Source of the DNA: Trypethelium eluteriae
Lineage: Eukaryota
Length of the DNA: 39,582 nt
Reading direction: 5' to 3'
Assembly: GCA_051942245.1 (NCBI GenBank)
Contig: JAVECL010000177.1
Location: forward strand, 1-39,582
Shown: piece by piece, positions 25,220 through 38,470 of the stretch
How positions within the stretch are numbered: the stretch's first letter is position 1
How the letters are laid out: each line of letters begins with the position of its first letter
Translations under genes and position numbers: made by a program
The notes under the pieces: generated by a model
Databases searched by the model: none
The model's input: only the letters and a program-made list of their open reading frames with translations
Told to the model about the DNA's origin: nothing

Positions 25220-25951
25220 GTCAGAGACGAAGTCCTAGAGGTGTTGGGCAGGATTTTGGGGTTCATGAATATCGATAACTTACAGTAACGAGACCTTCTA
25301 CATAGCTCAAGTACCCAGACCAGGGTTCTTATCGGGAGATCGGATGCATCATCTCTCACTCGGAATGATTGACAGGAAATAGAAGATACAGATGCATTAA
25401 AATAGCGCGGTGGAGACGCAGTAGTATCTTGTTTCAAGCTACATCTGGTCGAAGTTTGTTTCTCCACACATCCCGAAGGAAGATGTGAAACTCTGCAACA
25501 GCTATACCTAATTGGGTTACTGACCTTAGTAATAAAGTTAAGCTAAAACCAGGAAACCACCAAACATAAGCCATAGAAAACTATGTACAGTCTTAGGTCC
25601 GGTAGATGCTGCATACAGAACGAAGCTGAATCCTTCTTTTCAGGTACTGTAACCAGAGCCTGGTAGTGGGACCACGGATGCACGGAAGCAATACTCTAAC
25701 TGAAAGCGAGTTATCTTCGCCCCGGACCAGCATCGATTATGAGCATCATTTTCGTCCAGCCACTTCTTAAGCTTTAGCCTCTACATATCATTTCATAATC
25801 CCGGTTGACAATATCCCGCTTTTTTGGACCGGTGGTCCAGGTGTCAACACAGGTGTGCGGTGACGTTCACTGGTTGCGGGCAGTCGGGCTGACCTGCCAT
25901 TGCTCGTTCCTGGCGCATGAAGTATCTGGCCTTAGAACATTATTGTCGCCA

Positions 25952-26540
25952 ATGGCCGCTACAGCTACCAAGGACAGCACTAAGATCTTCGGCACCGTTC
26001 CGATAACCGGCGACTGCGGCTTCCTCGGCGCGTACATGGTGCGGTGCCTGTCGCACGGTCCGTCGAGCCTAACTAGAGGTATCGCCGTCGCTATCGTTAG
26101 CCGTGGCGCCTCCATCAAGCCCGTCTAGGAGCACAGTGGTTCAAGAGTGACCTACCGCAGTGCGGTTATCGCCAACGATGCTACTGTGGCTGCGTTGTTC
26201 GAGCAGTCGCAGCCTCGGACTGTAATACACACGTCATCACCAGGAAATACGAGTGGAGGGGACATTCCACAGCGTCCTAATGTAGACGGGCCGAAGATAC
26301 TGGTGAAGCATACAAAGGCGTGCAAGGAGACAAGAGGATCAGTGTATACGAGCTCGAATTCGACACAGAGACCAAGTCAGAAGCTTTTGACCGACGACAA
26401 GGCCCAGCTATGGGATGAGACGACCTACAACAACCGACATATGAGGACGAAAGCAGCTGCAGATTAATTGATCTTCACCCTGGGGACTCTGAAGTCCCAA
26501 ACGACTTCAGGAGACAGATCACTTAGATCGGGGACGTGAT
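25952..26540 (+). pseudogene. Degenerate 3-beta-hydroxysteroid dehydrogenase/Erg26-like extended SDR
   Basis: A single frame reads ...TVPITGDCGFLGAYMV (eroded TGGxGFLG)...KPV* (TAG 26126-26128)...PRTVIHTSSP...NVDGPK...VYTSS...HMRTKAAAD* (YxxxK to HxxxK; TAA 26465-26467) LIFTPGD...RQIT*IGD. In-frame stops, degraded catalytic motifs and no recognisable C-terminal part. Confidence 0.8.
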
Positions 26541-27476
26541 CGGTCGGTTGAGAAGGCCAAGGGGCATAAAGGATACCGGCCGCTCCCTACTAGATGCCGC
26601 TCTAGCGGGACACCATCCAAGTCAATACTTCGGAAACCCCACTAAGTTATCACAGACATTTTTCGCTCGGATAGGATGCATCCAAGCACATCGCTAGACC
26701 TGTCGTAGATAGTACCGAGTAGCATAAGAGTGATGTCGAGTCGCAACGCGAGCCCTTTGCTACATATGCTTACCACATAATGTGCTCTCATTCTCTGGAT
26801 TGACCTTAAGTAAATTCTCCTAAACCCAAGGTTTCTTTCTCTAAACTCCTCTGCGATCGACCTGGAGTCGCGCTCACAAGCTTTAGTGTGGCTTAGTCAA
26901 GGGAGCCACTCAATGCTGCCATTCAGACACTGTCGATTCTACGATGGTTCTGGCAACCATGACAGGTAGATAATGTCTCCTGCATATTGAAACGAATTCC
27001 TTGGTCGGGATATCTTGAATGAGGTACAGTATTGGCTCTGGGCCCTTGGCAGAGGTACTGATGCTTCTCAAGTACAGTATGGGGGAGAACCAGCCAAAGT
27101 AGAGGGGGAATCTGGGAAGATGCGGCCGCTAGATACCTCATTTGACGTCTATCATCCACTCAAGGTTAATAGTGCTCACGTCGTTCCCTTGGGCACTAAC
27201 AAGACTTCGGGCCGATGCACCTGAAGCATACGTCTAGTTCAAGAACTATCGAACTAGGCCGTGTTAAGACTATCCGAAGTAAGCTTTAGTATCTACCACC
27301 GAACCTTCTTGATTGACGCGTCGCATTATCCAGGCTCCGCTCGACCAGTATCCGAATGAACCCTAATTATCTTATGATGATAAAGGACTTCGATCAGCAA
27401 TGTGTGGACTCGAATGTTTGAGGCAAGAAAAACGCTTCGCATTCAGCCCTTATCAACTCCTGCATTTGCCTACAGC

Positions 27477-28674
27477 ATGGATCTCTACAAGCATTATCAC
27501 GCCTATGGCGGTCGGGGCCCAACGTGCGTTCGCGTTGGCCTAAGCCTTGGAACCCTCGCCACGATTCTGATCATTCTACGCATATACGTACGCCTTAGAA
27601 TCAACAGAACCGGTACTACGGCGCTCCTTTGGGCTATTGCGACTTGGGTAAGCCATGATGAAGGCGGCACGCTGTATCATCGAGAGTAGACGAGGCTGAC
27701 GATCAATTGACTGACATTGTAGATACTATCGGTTACCACAGAAGTCTTTACTATCTTAGCAGCCTTGCACGGCCTCGGAAACCACATGACTGTTATTATA
27801 GAGGAGGGCCAGGCACAGAACTTCCTCAAATTTACCTGGCTTACAGTTTTCTTCTTCCATATCGGTATTCCTACAGGCAAGACGGCCGTCGCGGTTTTTC
27901 TTATGGAGATTATTGGACTTGCTTGTAAGACTTTCAACTTATTTGTTCGCCTTATACTGATAATCTTCCTTATAGATGTTAAAATGCGCTGGATACTTAT
28001 GTCAATAGCAGCAATGAACTATCTAATTTCTGTCCCAATAGCAATATATTCACAGCTCCACTGCAATCCTATAAACGCACTCTGGAATCCATTAAAACAA
28101 CAGCAGTGTAACACACACATGTATGTGCTGCTGTCATATGTCTCTGGCTCTATCGCCGCTTTATCGGATATCCTATTAGCGTTACTCCCCATCTATATCT
28201 TGTGGTCTTTACAGATCGACAGAAAGCTTAAACAGGTCCTCTGCGTGCTCCTTAGCCTTGGGATCGTTGCAGCAATCGCGGCGATAGTGCGAACGTGGGC
28301 GACCAGTTTCCTCGAGGGTGAGGATGCGTCTTGTAAGTCTTCTACAATCTCATGCGTTAATGACGTTCTGTTTTTCTCCCTTTCGGCTGACCTGCTCCGT
28401 CAAAGACCATTTAGGAATTCTCTTCGAGTGGGGACAGGTTGAAGGGTGGCTAGTTCTAATAGCGATGTCAGTTCCACCAACCTGGCCGCTTGTGAAGCCC
28501 TACTACGAGCGCTTTGGACTGGTATCGTCGCGAAATAGCTCACGAACAACGGGTAAAACTCCTCATAAAGTGCAAAAAATTCAACAAGAACGGGAATATG
28601 AGTTGACCGGCGAGCCCTCTTCCAACAGAGACATGAAGAAAGCCGGGTACCTGGAAATCGAGGAGGACAAGTAA
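27477..28674 (+). CDS. PTH11-like (fungal rhodopsin/SAT4-family) 7-TM integral membrane protein lacking CFEM, 4 exons
   Basis: Exons 27477-27647, 27723-27924, 27976-28332, 28406-28674. Motifs LRIYVR, HGLGNH, KTAVAVFL, C.PINALWNP....C, SDILLALLPIYILWSLQI...K, LSLGIVAAIAAIVR, WGQVE..L.LIA.SVP. Reading frame is intact after splicing. Confidence 0.88.
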
Positions 28675-29842
28675 TTGTCTATTGTTGAAGAGAACTTGAC
28701 AGAGATTCTGTCATAATGGTGGAGGACAGAGTACCAGATTCATTATTTGCCATCTTGGAAGGATACATGTGATCGTAGCAATTCGGATAGCTCTTCAAGT
28801 CTTATTGTACATGTATTTGGCTGTGGCATATTGTCGAGTAGTGGGATTACTTAGCTAGAATGCTCCGAATTTTTCATTGATTACTCATAGGTACGCGTCA
28901 TCGACGATATCAGCTCCGTTATAGAAACAGAACATGCGATTCGCAAGACTTCAGAAACATCATCACGTTTATGAGTACTCCGCACCAATGTTACCACACC
29001 CGATCAGGTATTTAGCCACAGTAACAAGATTGAACTGATGGATTCAGAAACCACCAGATTCGAACCCGAGAGACATATATATAGTCCCAGGTTCGACAAA
29101 TCTTGATGTTCCTATTCTCGAGGGTAAAAACGACCACTTTCATTACCCCGATTGATTAGATTTATGCCAGGCCAAAAGTGGTAATTTAAGCCACTGTTGC
29201 AATATCGGCTTAATCTACACTAAAGATACTTAGCCAACTCTACGTTTTGAATATGCTGGCTCAGGCTGGCTCAGGCTAAGTGTCAGGGACCTAGCTACGA
29301 GATGAAAACAACGAGCGTGGATATGAACGAGTATCTAGAGCTGAGCAGATCAAGGTGCGGTGTGAGGCAGGAGCTATGGGTGCATAGGCCACAGGCCGCT
29401 GCGTAGGTTAGCTCTCCATCTCTAGAACCAACTACTCTATCCATCCTTTTTCCCAGTTTTGATCTCAGCGGACATGCGGACAGCACCGCCTACTAAATAC
29501 AGCTACACGGAGATCCATGCGCATAGAAGCATGTGGCACATCATCTCACCATTCATCTTATTCTTCCCATCTTAGGTACGTAAGTTAGGTAGCTACGTAC
29601 CTTAAGTGTCATAGGTGCACGTGACCCTAGATCTATAACACTGAGATTGACTACTCCAAATTGTGGCGTGTGAAGACATTACCCTTGGTTGGAATCCTGT
29701 TAGCTCTACGTGAAATATGGTCCCAGGGGCAAGCTTCGAGGGTCTGCAGACACTTACAGTCCCTGAAAGTGATCGGCCTTTCACGAGCTTTGGAGCTCTA
29801 AGCTACCCTTAACCTCTCCAGCTGATAATATAGCAACTTCAG

Positions 29843-32800
29843 TCACTCGTCTCTATCCCACCCACTAGTGATATCGATGAATTGGCGTACTTTATCGGTA
29901 AATTGCACCTTTCTATCATATTTCAAAAGGACTGACACAACATCATCTAGGGCCTTGACGCCTCGTCGGCGCTTCATGCTTTGTATGCTATCAAAGCCAT
30001 GAATGTGCTCTTGTGATTCTATCAGAGCGATGAAGTCGTCTTCGGATATCGTCAGCTCTGGATTGTGGTCGAGTAAGACGGCAAGAAATTCAGCGGCGTC
30101 AGGGCTATCGCACGCTTCACGGACAAGTTTCGGCGTAATATTGACCAGTCTGTCATACTCAAGCAACACTTTGACGAGCGAATGTGGAGGCACAAGGTCT
30201 ATTTCAGATCCTGTAGTCAGTGATCTGTCAGAAGATATCTTTGACGGATGTTCTTGCCGGCTGGCCACTGCCTCTCGGAGCTCTTCTGACGCAGGATGGT
30301 GCGGTATCAGCTTGAGTAACATCCGCATCTCGCTGGATGTTTGTACCTCCCGTAGCAATTCATCTATACTCCAGAGAGTCATGTCGTGTGAGATGAGATC
30401 TTGAAGAATATTTTCGAGTCGCTGCTGCTCGGGTTCCGCCTGACAGTCATCGACAGCCCTCAAAACGCCCAGGATGAGTGGCTTTGTCACTGGAAAATTG
30501 TTCTGGCGGGACATAAGCATCTCTACCAGGTCAAGTCGATATTCTGGTCTTGAGACGGCCTTTTCCATGATTGGTGATGTGATCATGCAGACATTCTCTT
30601 GCTCGAGTAGAAATTTCATTATTTCCGGCAGCACGACAGCTTCCAATATAGGTTCGGTGATATGGAGCTTTTCGTCTGCGCGTAAAGCTTGGGAAAGTCC
30701 ATCAAATATGAAAGCGTAGTCTTTCATCGTCCAAACTTGATGGGTGTATTGCATGCGCCGGTAGTCAATAGCCTCGTCGTTTTCGTGTCCTGCCCTCATT
30801 AGAGTTATAAGGTCTGATTCTTTGATGTTAAGCATTGTCTTGTAGCGAAGTAGCATTGTTATGAGTTTTTCTACTGCTTCTACCGCTTGCTACTCGTATT
30901 GGTTCTAGAAAATGCTTGAAAAAGCAGCTGCTAGTGGACTGGAAACTTCTCCATCATGGCCATTGATGTCCGCGCCTCTATCTAATAGCAGTTGGGCTGC
31001 TTCGAGGTTCGAAGTCATGAATGCGTATTGTAACGCACTGCGACCTTGAGAGGAGAGGTACCCAACGTCAACCCCATAGTCAAGCGCAAGTGTGACCATG
31101 TCGAGATTAGTCCCAGCTGTAGCAGCTAACAATGGAGTTCCAAAGTATCCACCTTGGACGTAGACGTCGCCGCCTCTTTGCAACAATAGCTGCAAGAGTG
31201 GCAGATCGCCAATGAAGGCGGCTAAATGGATTGAACTACCGAACTCTCTCAGCTCTGTGTTCGCCTCGACATCAGAATCGAGCAGTATCTGAACAACTTT
31301 TTTGCAGTTCGAGATCCTGGTGACGTCAAGAGATAGTCAGTGCAAAACCTTGAATGCCGAGTACCTCATTCGTAGTGGGCCGTTTAGCTTCCCTAGCCTG
31401 AAAGTCGTTTCAAATGGGCCACGGGATGAATCCTCCATTAGATAATACATTAGATCCTTCAATGCTGTAATGGCACAGCCTTCAAGGGCGGCGATCAGCG
31501 GGCTTCCATAACGTAGATGAAGGAAGTTTGTGTTAGCGCCATATTGTACAAGCGGCCGGACGAAGTCTGGGCGAAGATGATATGCTGAAACATGGAGTGC
31601 ACAACCGACACCTCCATCCTGGCCTTGAGGATCAATAGGAAAGGCATGCTCTAGCAAGAGCTTGAACGCGACATCGTCGCCCTGCTCACAGGCAGCGAAG
31701 AGAGCATCGTTCCTTGTACGTTCTCAAGCAGGGCAGCGAGAGAGCTCCCCAAGCAGCATCAGAGCTACTCCGAATTCGCGCTTTTCGCAAGCTACGTTCA
31801 ATGCATTTGATACGTTTGAAAGGTCAGAAGCCACAGCTCCTGCTCTAAGCAATTCCTGCGCGATTTGAATGTGTCCATTGCCACATGCGAACGAAAGTGC
31901 AGTATCGAGTTTACCGTCGGCGCTCTTTAAAACGTGGTTGACGTTTGTGCCCTTGTCGAGGAGGAGTCGTACTACTGATTTGTGACCAGAGCGCGCACTG
32001 CATTGCAGCGGACTCATCTCGTAGCACTTGCGGAGTCGATTCCAGCACCGTGCTGAATGAGTAGCTCTACAAGGTCGTGCCTACCTTGCGAGGCTGCTAT
32101 TTGAACAAGAGTGGTGTTTTGAGGATCCGCATCTGACGAGTACGATGCTGTGGGCTCAGCAACGGCATTGACATCAGCACCGTGGGCAAGGAGCAAGCGA
32201 GCAAGCACGAGATCGACATCGACCGCTGGAAATGTGGAATTCAGAGCATCTCCTCCATCAGTACTATCGGCAATACCACCAGCATCGGGCAATGGCTTGA
32301 CATCGAACTCCGCAGCATTGTCAAGGGCCAGGTGCATGATATTTTTCGCATCTTTGTGTCGTAGATTAGGGTTGGCGTCATTGTTGAGAAGCAGCTCCAC
32401 AATGTCGATGTGGCCTCCTCGCACAGCAGCCCGAAGAGCCGTACAGTGTGCGCCTTGAAGAACGTTGACGTCGGCGCCTGCATCAAGCAACATTCTCACA
32501 GTCTCAATTTGACCGACTCTGGCAGCTGCCTGCAACGCCGTCCCGTAATAGGTGCCTGTAGTATTGACGTCAATCCCTCGATCAATGAGTAGAGTCATGA
32601 GTTCGTGACGTCCGTTCATGGCGGCCATTTGGAAGAGAAGGCGATAATTCTCGTGTTCCGCTCGCTCCTCTGGAAGATAACCAAGCAGTAACTGTACCAC
32701 TGCCCCAGGACCAGTCTCCAAAACTTCCTCGACTGTTCTGCCTTTTAGACGAATTCCGTTGTAGTTGAAGAAGTTGAGCGCTTCTCTCAAGGCTATATTA

Positions 32801-35800
32801 GAACTATGTGCGCCGTGCATGGCACCTGCAGATTTATCCCCGTGAGCGTTATATGTGTCTACTTCTTCAATTTGTGTCTCGACCTCGTGGCCTGACTTGC
32901 TATCAGAACTGGAATAGCTGCTTGCCGGGATCACATCGATCTCCTTATCTTTGTACAATCTGCGGGCTCGGAAATCAGCTCCCCTAGAGATCATCAAAGC
33001 AACCACTTCCGTAAAGCAGAATTTGATGGCACAGATTAATGGCATATCGGAGCATCCACCTAGGGCATTGAGATTTGCCCCACTCTCCATGATGTATCGT
33101 AATGTTGCCTCGCGGCACTTTTCGTCAGCCCTTACGAATTCGTCCTCGTGACGCAGAAAGGCATATTTTTCATATGGCGTGAATCGCGTGCTTCCATGAA
33201 GAGCTGCTTGAAGTGCGTTGCGATTAGTAATCTCAATTGAACCGAATCGCGGGTCAAGTGGATTCGTGTGAACCTCTACAATTGTGTCAATGCTAGCTCT
33301 GAATGAGATTAGAGCTTCAACAACATCTTTGTGACCATAATAACAAGCAAAGTTCAGCGATCGGTCAAGTAGAAGATCAGGTAAGTTTCTACGCCTTCTC
33401 TCTTCTATAAGTAAGCGCAGAATCTCACAATAGCCATTGCCTGACGCATTCACAATGATGTCTTCAGTGAGACTAAGATTGTGAGTTACGGAGTCTTCCT
33501 GGAGAAGAAATGCGGCCAGCTCAAAGAACCCATTCTTCACACATGACTCCAGACCTTTCTGGCGCGTTGAAGTCTTTAGGGAGCCATTCTTGTCCGCATC
33601 GATCGATAGTGATACGACCTCCTGATGACCTGACTTACAGCCGTCTTCGAACATTTGGGTTAATAGGTCAGGCGTCATTTGGAAGTCACTCTCCAGCAAC
33701 ATATCCAAGGTTGCCAATTCACCATGGCGAGCGGATTCACAGATAGCCTCGCGAAGTAGCTTATGTCTTTCGCCAATAGGATATCTCTCTTGAACAATAG
33801 CAAGCGCATATCTGGAGACCGGTAGATGGCCTCTACGACAGGCGGCCAGCAAGATGATCTCTGGGCTTGAGCATTCTCTGGCCTTCTCCTTGTCATATAT
33901 ATGTCGAGATTTGCTTTTCCGTGAAGGCGAGCTACGCGCATGAGGTATGCTCGGTAATCCCCCTTCTTGAATTAGAGATTCATTCAAATTCAGATCATCT
34001 TCAAAGGCTAGAAGCATCTTCACAATTGAGAGGTATCCACACTCTGCGGCATTCTTTATAGATTGCTGAACATTCGCGAAGGGTTCAAAATTGCTAGTGA
34101 TGAGCAGCCTGACAATGCCTATGTGTCCATTTGTGACGGCATTTTCAAGCGCGGTGAGACCTGATCCCCAAGAAACTGAATAGAGGCGGTCACGGAAAGG
34201 GTTGTTAGGGTCTATACGCTGATCCTTTTTGCGAGACTCTTCGATGATACTCGACACAACGGCTTCATGGCCATTCAACGCCGCTGCTTCTAATGCGTAG
34301 TTTGGTCCCTCTTTGTTATGGATGCTATGATCTTTGCTTTTGTAAGCATGAGGTGGCTTCATTGCCCTCTGCTTCACGGTGTCTCTGACTATACTCAAGG
34401 CACCGTAAATGTCAGAGACGTAGGCAGAGGCCGGCCAATCTCTCGTTGCTGGTCGATTGTGTGGTGCATATCCTCGCTTCTTCATAAGCTCATGATCTGG
34501 AGAACTTGATCGCAATAGGTCAAATGGGGGCGAATCACGTTTATAGCGTATCGCGCGAGCTGGAGGGAGCCATGACTGAAGGGAATGGCCCCTCTTTACT
34601 AGAGCACGAATAATATTTTCGTGACCTCCTTCGGCCGCGGCGTGGAAGACGTCTTTCGAAAAGCCTGCTTGGTAAATGTTAGCCCTTGCATCGAGGAGCA
34701 ATTCAACTACAGCGAGTTGCCCTCGATATGCGGCAGCCTGTAAGGCGTTCCCAAAGAAGCCTCCGACTTTGTCGACGTTTGCGTGCTCTCCGATTAATAT
34801 TTTAGTGACTGATAAATGACCATTCATGGCTGCAGCCTGCAATGGATCTCCAAGAGGGCTGTCCGTGTTTACGTTGGCGCCTCTATCAATCAAAAGCCGA
34901 ACAGTCGACTCATGACCCACAAGACTGGCAGCTCTTAGAGGAGTTCCAAAAGGACCTTCCGCCTCAAGATCCAGCCCTTGATGTATGAGGCTAGAAATCA
35001 TTTCATCGTGTCCTCCAAAGGCTGCTTTCGATAGGGCATCTGGAGGCAAGGACATATCCCGAGCCGGTTTCATTGCTAGAAGTCTCTCAAGCATTCCTTG
35101 TCGGCCTTTGTAAATTACAGCATCGAGGACTGATCTGTTTGTTGATTGCGTGGATTTCGCAAAATTAGATTTGTACGCTCCCTCGAGGGTCTGAAAAACG
35201 TTGAGAAAGCCAGCCTGCGCCGCTTGCCTAAGGGCAGCGTCGTATTCGGATTGATTTGATAATTTAAATTGACTGTTGTTGAGGAGAAGGACAGCGATGT
35301 CTCCGCGACCGCCCATGAGAGCAGCATGAAACGCATTCTCGAAAATACCTCGCAGCTTCGGGTCAGCGCCACTATCAAGCAGCGACTGTACTATGAGGGA
35401 GTGGCCAGAGAAGCAAGCAGCATGTATTGGGTAGGCGTATCTGCCGCCAACTGCATTGATGTCAACGGGAAATTCAAGCATCGTATGAACGACATTTTCG
35501 TGACCGGCAGCTGCCGCGAGATACAGCCCGGTTTGGCCCTGGTCATTCACCTGATCCCAACAAATGTCGTTATGACTCGCCAGCTGCTTCACCACCTCTA
35601 CAAGACCAAAGGCGCAGCCAGTAAAGAGGGGAGATTGTTGTTTATTCGGAACGGCAGAAAGTGGCTTCTTAAGAGGATGATCGCGGGAGAGCGATTCCAC
35701 CACATCCGGAATGCCGTCAAGCCAGAAAATAAAGGAAAGACTGACTTCTGGGCCGTCAAAGATGAATTCCTTTATCTTATGCCAGATTTCATAATCACCA

Positions 35801-38267
35801 GTTTCGGGATTTCCAGCCTTGCAGTGCACAGCCCAATGCATGACACTATATTGATATATGTCGTGGATGCCGGGCGCTGCTATCTGCATCTCGGATTGTG
35901 GGCCTGCAATGCAGAAGTTGAGACAATCCAATGCGACGAGTTTGTTAACGCTCAACGTAGCGAAATCTGGTCTTCCCTTGATGAAGTCCTGTATAGAGTT
36001 ATGCGCAAAGCGAAGGACATTCAATTTTGAGTCGTGGATAATGAAGTTATGACAAACCTCCAATAGGGTTACAACGTCAATAAGACCCGGGTGTTCCGAT
36101 TGACATACCAATAGGAGTGCTTCAGGAACCAAGTTTTCCCTCATGCACAGCAACCAGGAGCACACTCTCAAGGCTACATTCCGAGCGGTGGAGTTTGAGA
36201 TAAAGATTCGATCATATGCTTCAGCATACAATTCACTCAAGCTTTTTTCCGAGAGTCGTCGCATCGCTGTTCTGACATCTGACTCGAGCTTGAACTGGCA
36301 TAGGTGATGAATTTGAAGCTTGATCCATTGGAACCTTATAGAAGTTAGCTGCTGTGTGATTATCGACACGAGCGAAAGTGCCTCCATACATTTCTTGCGC
36401 TCCTTCGACCAAGGCGACCAATAGAGATTCCACCAGCTCGGTCGAAGGGTTACCGCGAAGTAGTTTGCCTTGCGTAATGCTCTGAGTGACCTGGTGTCGT
36501 GCGAAAAGCTCTATATCCTCGCGACTGTCGTCTTTCGTGATGCGAAATTTGCGGGCGTCCAGCAACAGATTGAAGACGTCCTGATTATCGCGAGAGGTGA
36601 GAAATACCTTAATCACGCTTACAGACCTTGTGCATAGCTCTCGAAGGGCGAAAAGCAACTCGTATCGACTTTTTTCTTCAATCTGGTCGACCGCATCCAC
36701 GACAATCACCAGCGCGTTGAAAGTCGTTATCTCAAGGATTACGTCGAGGCATTCTTTGGTGGTCATTCGAATCATGTCGAGTCCATCGAGCTTGGCTTCT
36801 GCCTCTAGCCGTTCATATCGCGTGACGAGCGCCTCATTGATGATATGCTGTGGCTCACGAGATATAGCAAGCTGTCTAAGGATACTTCTTATAATCTCTT
36901 CCGCTTTTGAACATTCGGGTTCGGCGGCGCCCTTCGCGCAATAGAAGTAAGCCATGAGACAACTCAATGATTCCGCCGAGCTGCTCTGTGGACAATAATC
37001 GATGACGGCAGACGCCAGGGAGGTCTTGCCTGATCCAAGGATCCCGTGGAGAAGTAGGATGGAGGAGGAACTGGAAGCCATCCAAGAGTTATATTCGGGG
37101 TGCTGCAACAGCCACTTCGCAGTACCAGGAAGTCTCTCTTTCGAATGCCGTTCGTGGTGGCGGACATATGGAACTGTAGAAAGCCACCGGAGAATATCTA
37201 GATATTTCCTCTCATTATCATCTTCTCAAACAACAAGGTCTGATCTACGAAGCGGATTATAGGAGCCTCCAAGGTCTGCATGATATGATGCACACTGCTG
37301 ACCTCCCCGGCAATGCTCAGCTGAAGCTCGGTATCGACGAGTTTGATGAAACGTAGCACTTTGGTCTCGTTTATATCGATATTCCGGAGTTGGTCATCTT
37401 CTGCGTAATGGAAGGCACTCTTTGGTAGACGTACTAGCGACGATTGGTTAATTTACTGAATATGATTGCCAGTTTTCATAACTTGCCTCCAGTCGGCGTT
37501 CGAAAATACTTTCTCGCGTTTGCAAGGAAAGTTAGTACCTCTTTATAGAGATCAACAAGAAGGTTTTCCAACTCGGCTCGCCCTTTGTAGGTCCGCTGCA
37601 AGTACAGCTCTTCGAGAATGGCATAACGAGTGATAAGACGAGAGATTGTCTCAACGCCCAACAACGTTGAGCCGAAGATCTCCGTCTCATTGACAGCGAC
37701 CTGGCCAGCGTCAGCATCTCCCATTTGATAATCATTAGTATGGTATACCTGAATTATGAATCGGACTCCGGCCCAAGGAAGGGCAGCATGTGTGGGGTCA
37801 TATGTAGCGACAGTATCGCCGATGGCTCTGAACTTCTCGAGCCAGCGTGTAATCTTCTCAAGGATATCGCGAAGCACAATCTCTTCGCCATTTGACCTTC
37901 TGTACTTCCAGCGCTTCTTCAAACATACTTGTTTCTTGTCCTGAACAATCTTAAGGAGCATGGTCGGTAAATCCACATGGGCAATGTTCTCAATGATGAG
38001 TTCAGTCTTCAGATCGCCGTCGAGAGTCTCTAGTGCCTTCAGCCATAAATCCTGTGACTGCTGGTATCCATCTTGCGTGTCGTGAAGCGGCAAGATCTGT
38101 GAAGATATCTCGTACGTCTCGTCTTGTATTGCGGCTCCTTCATTGGGTTCGAAAGTAGGTTTTGAAAGTCGCAGTCTGAGGCAAGCGCGTTATTTGGTTG
38201 GCTTTTCAGCTCTGACCGGCCACGCGGCTGTCTTTCTGCCTTGCTTTTCTGCCTTGCCTGCTGGCAT
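29843..38267 (-). pseudogene. NACHT-ankyrin NLR-like (STAND) gene, about 2750 codons, disrupted
   Basis: N-terminal helical domain (LWLKAL...IGDTVATYDPTHAALPWAGVRFIIQ), NACHT P-loop LLHGILGSGKTSLAS, Walker B VIVVDAVDQ, KVFLTSR, MFQWIKLQI, RFAHNSIQDF, many ankyrin repeats, C-terminal IT..(I/L)..A repeats. Introns 37748-37701, 37486-37434 (GC-AG), 36389-36335. Lesions: TAA 38190-38192, frameshift ~37215, frameshift ~32018, TGA 31724, TGA 31337, TAG 30905, TAG 30890. Confidence 0.88.
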
Positions 38268-38470
38268 CTTCCGTCGGAACTCTGCTGAATTATCGATCTG
38301 CACGCCTCTGACTCTCAGATCTTGTTGTTATTGGCTCACTCATGCATATGTCAATAGATCCTGGATCGTGCGAATCAGGATAGCTTGCGCTAGTTTCATT
38401 TAGAAAAGATCTGTCGTCGGCGTGAAAGGCAGCGCTTCATCCTACCATCCTAGTAGATAGGAGTATCCTT

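Noticed and set aside
25421..25440. gtagtatcttgtttc resembling the U2 snRNA branch-pairing region
   Set aside because: Short partial match only; no U2 5' stem (GCCTTTTGGCTAAGATCA) or Sm site.
26920..27224. Possible additional gene relic (…NEVQYWLWALGRG…)
   Set aside because: Protein-like in places but I cannot assign it to any family; needs blastx.
30890..30907. TAG stops rescued by sexual-stage A-to-I editing (UAG to UGG)
   Set aside because: The same gene also carries two frameshifts that editing cannot repair; ordinary pseudogenisation is simpler.
32014..32017. ATGA stop/start overlap suggesting translational coupling
   Set aside because: Falls in the middle of an ankyrin repeat and is better explained as a 1-nt deletion frameshift.
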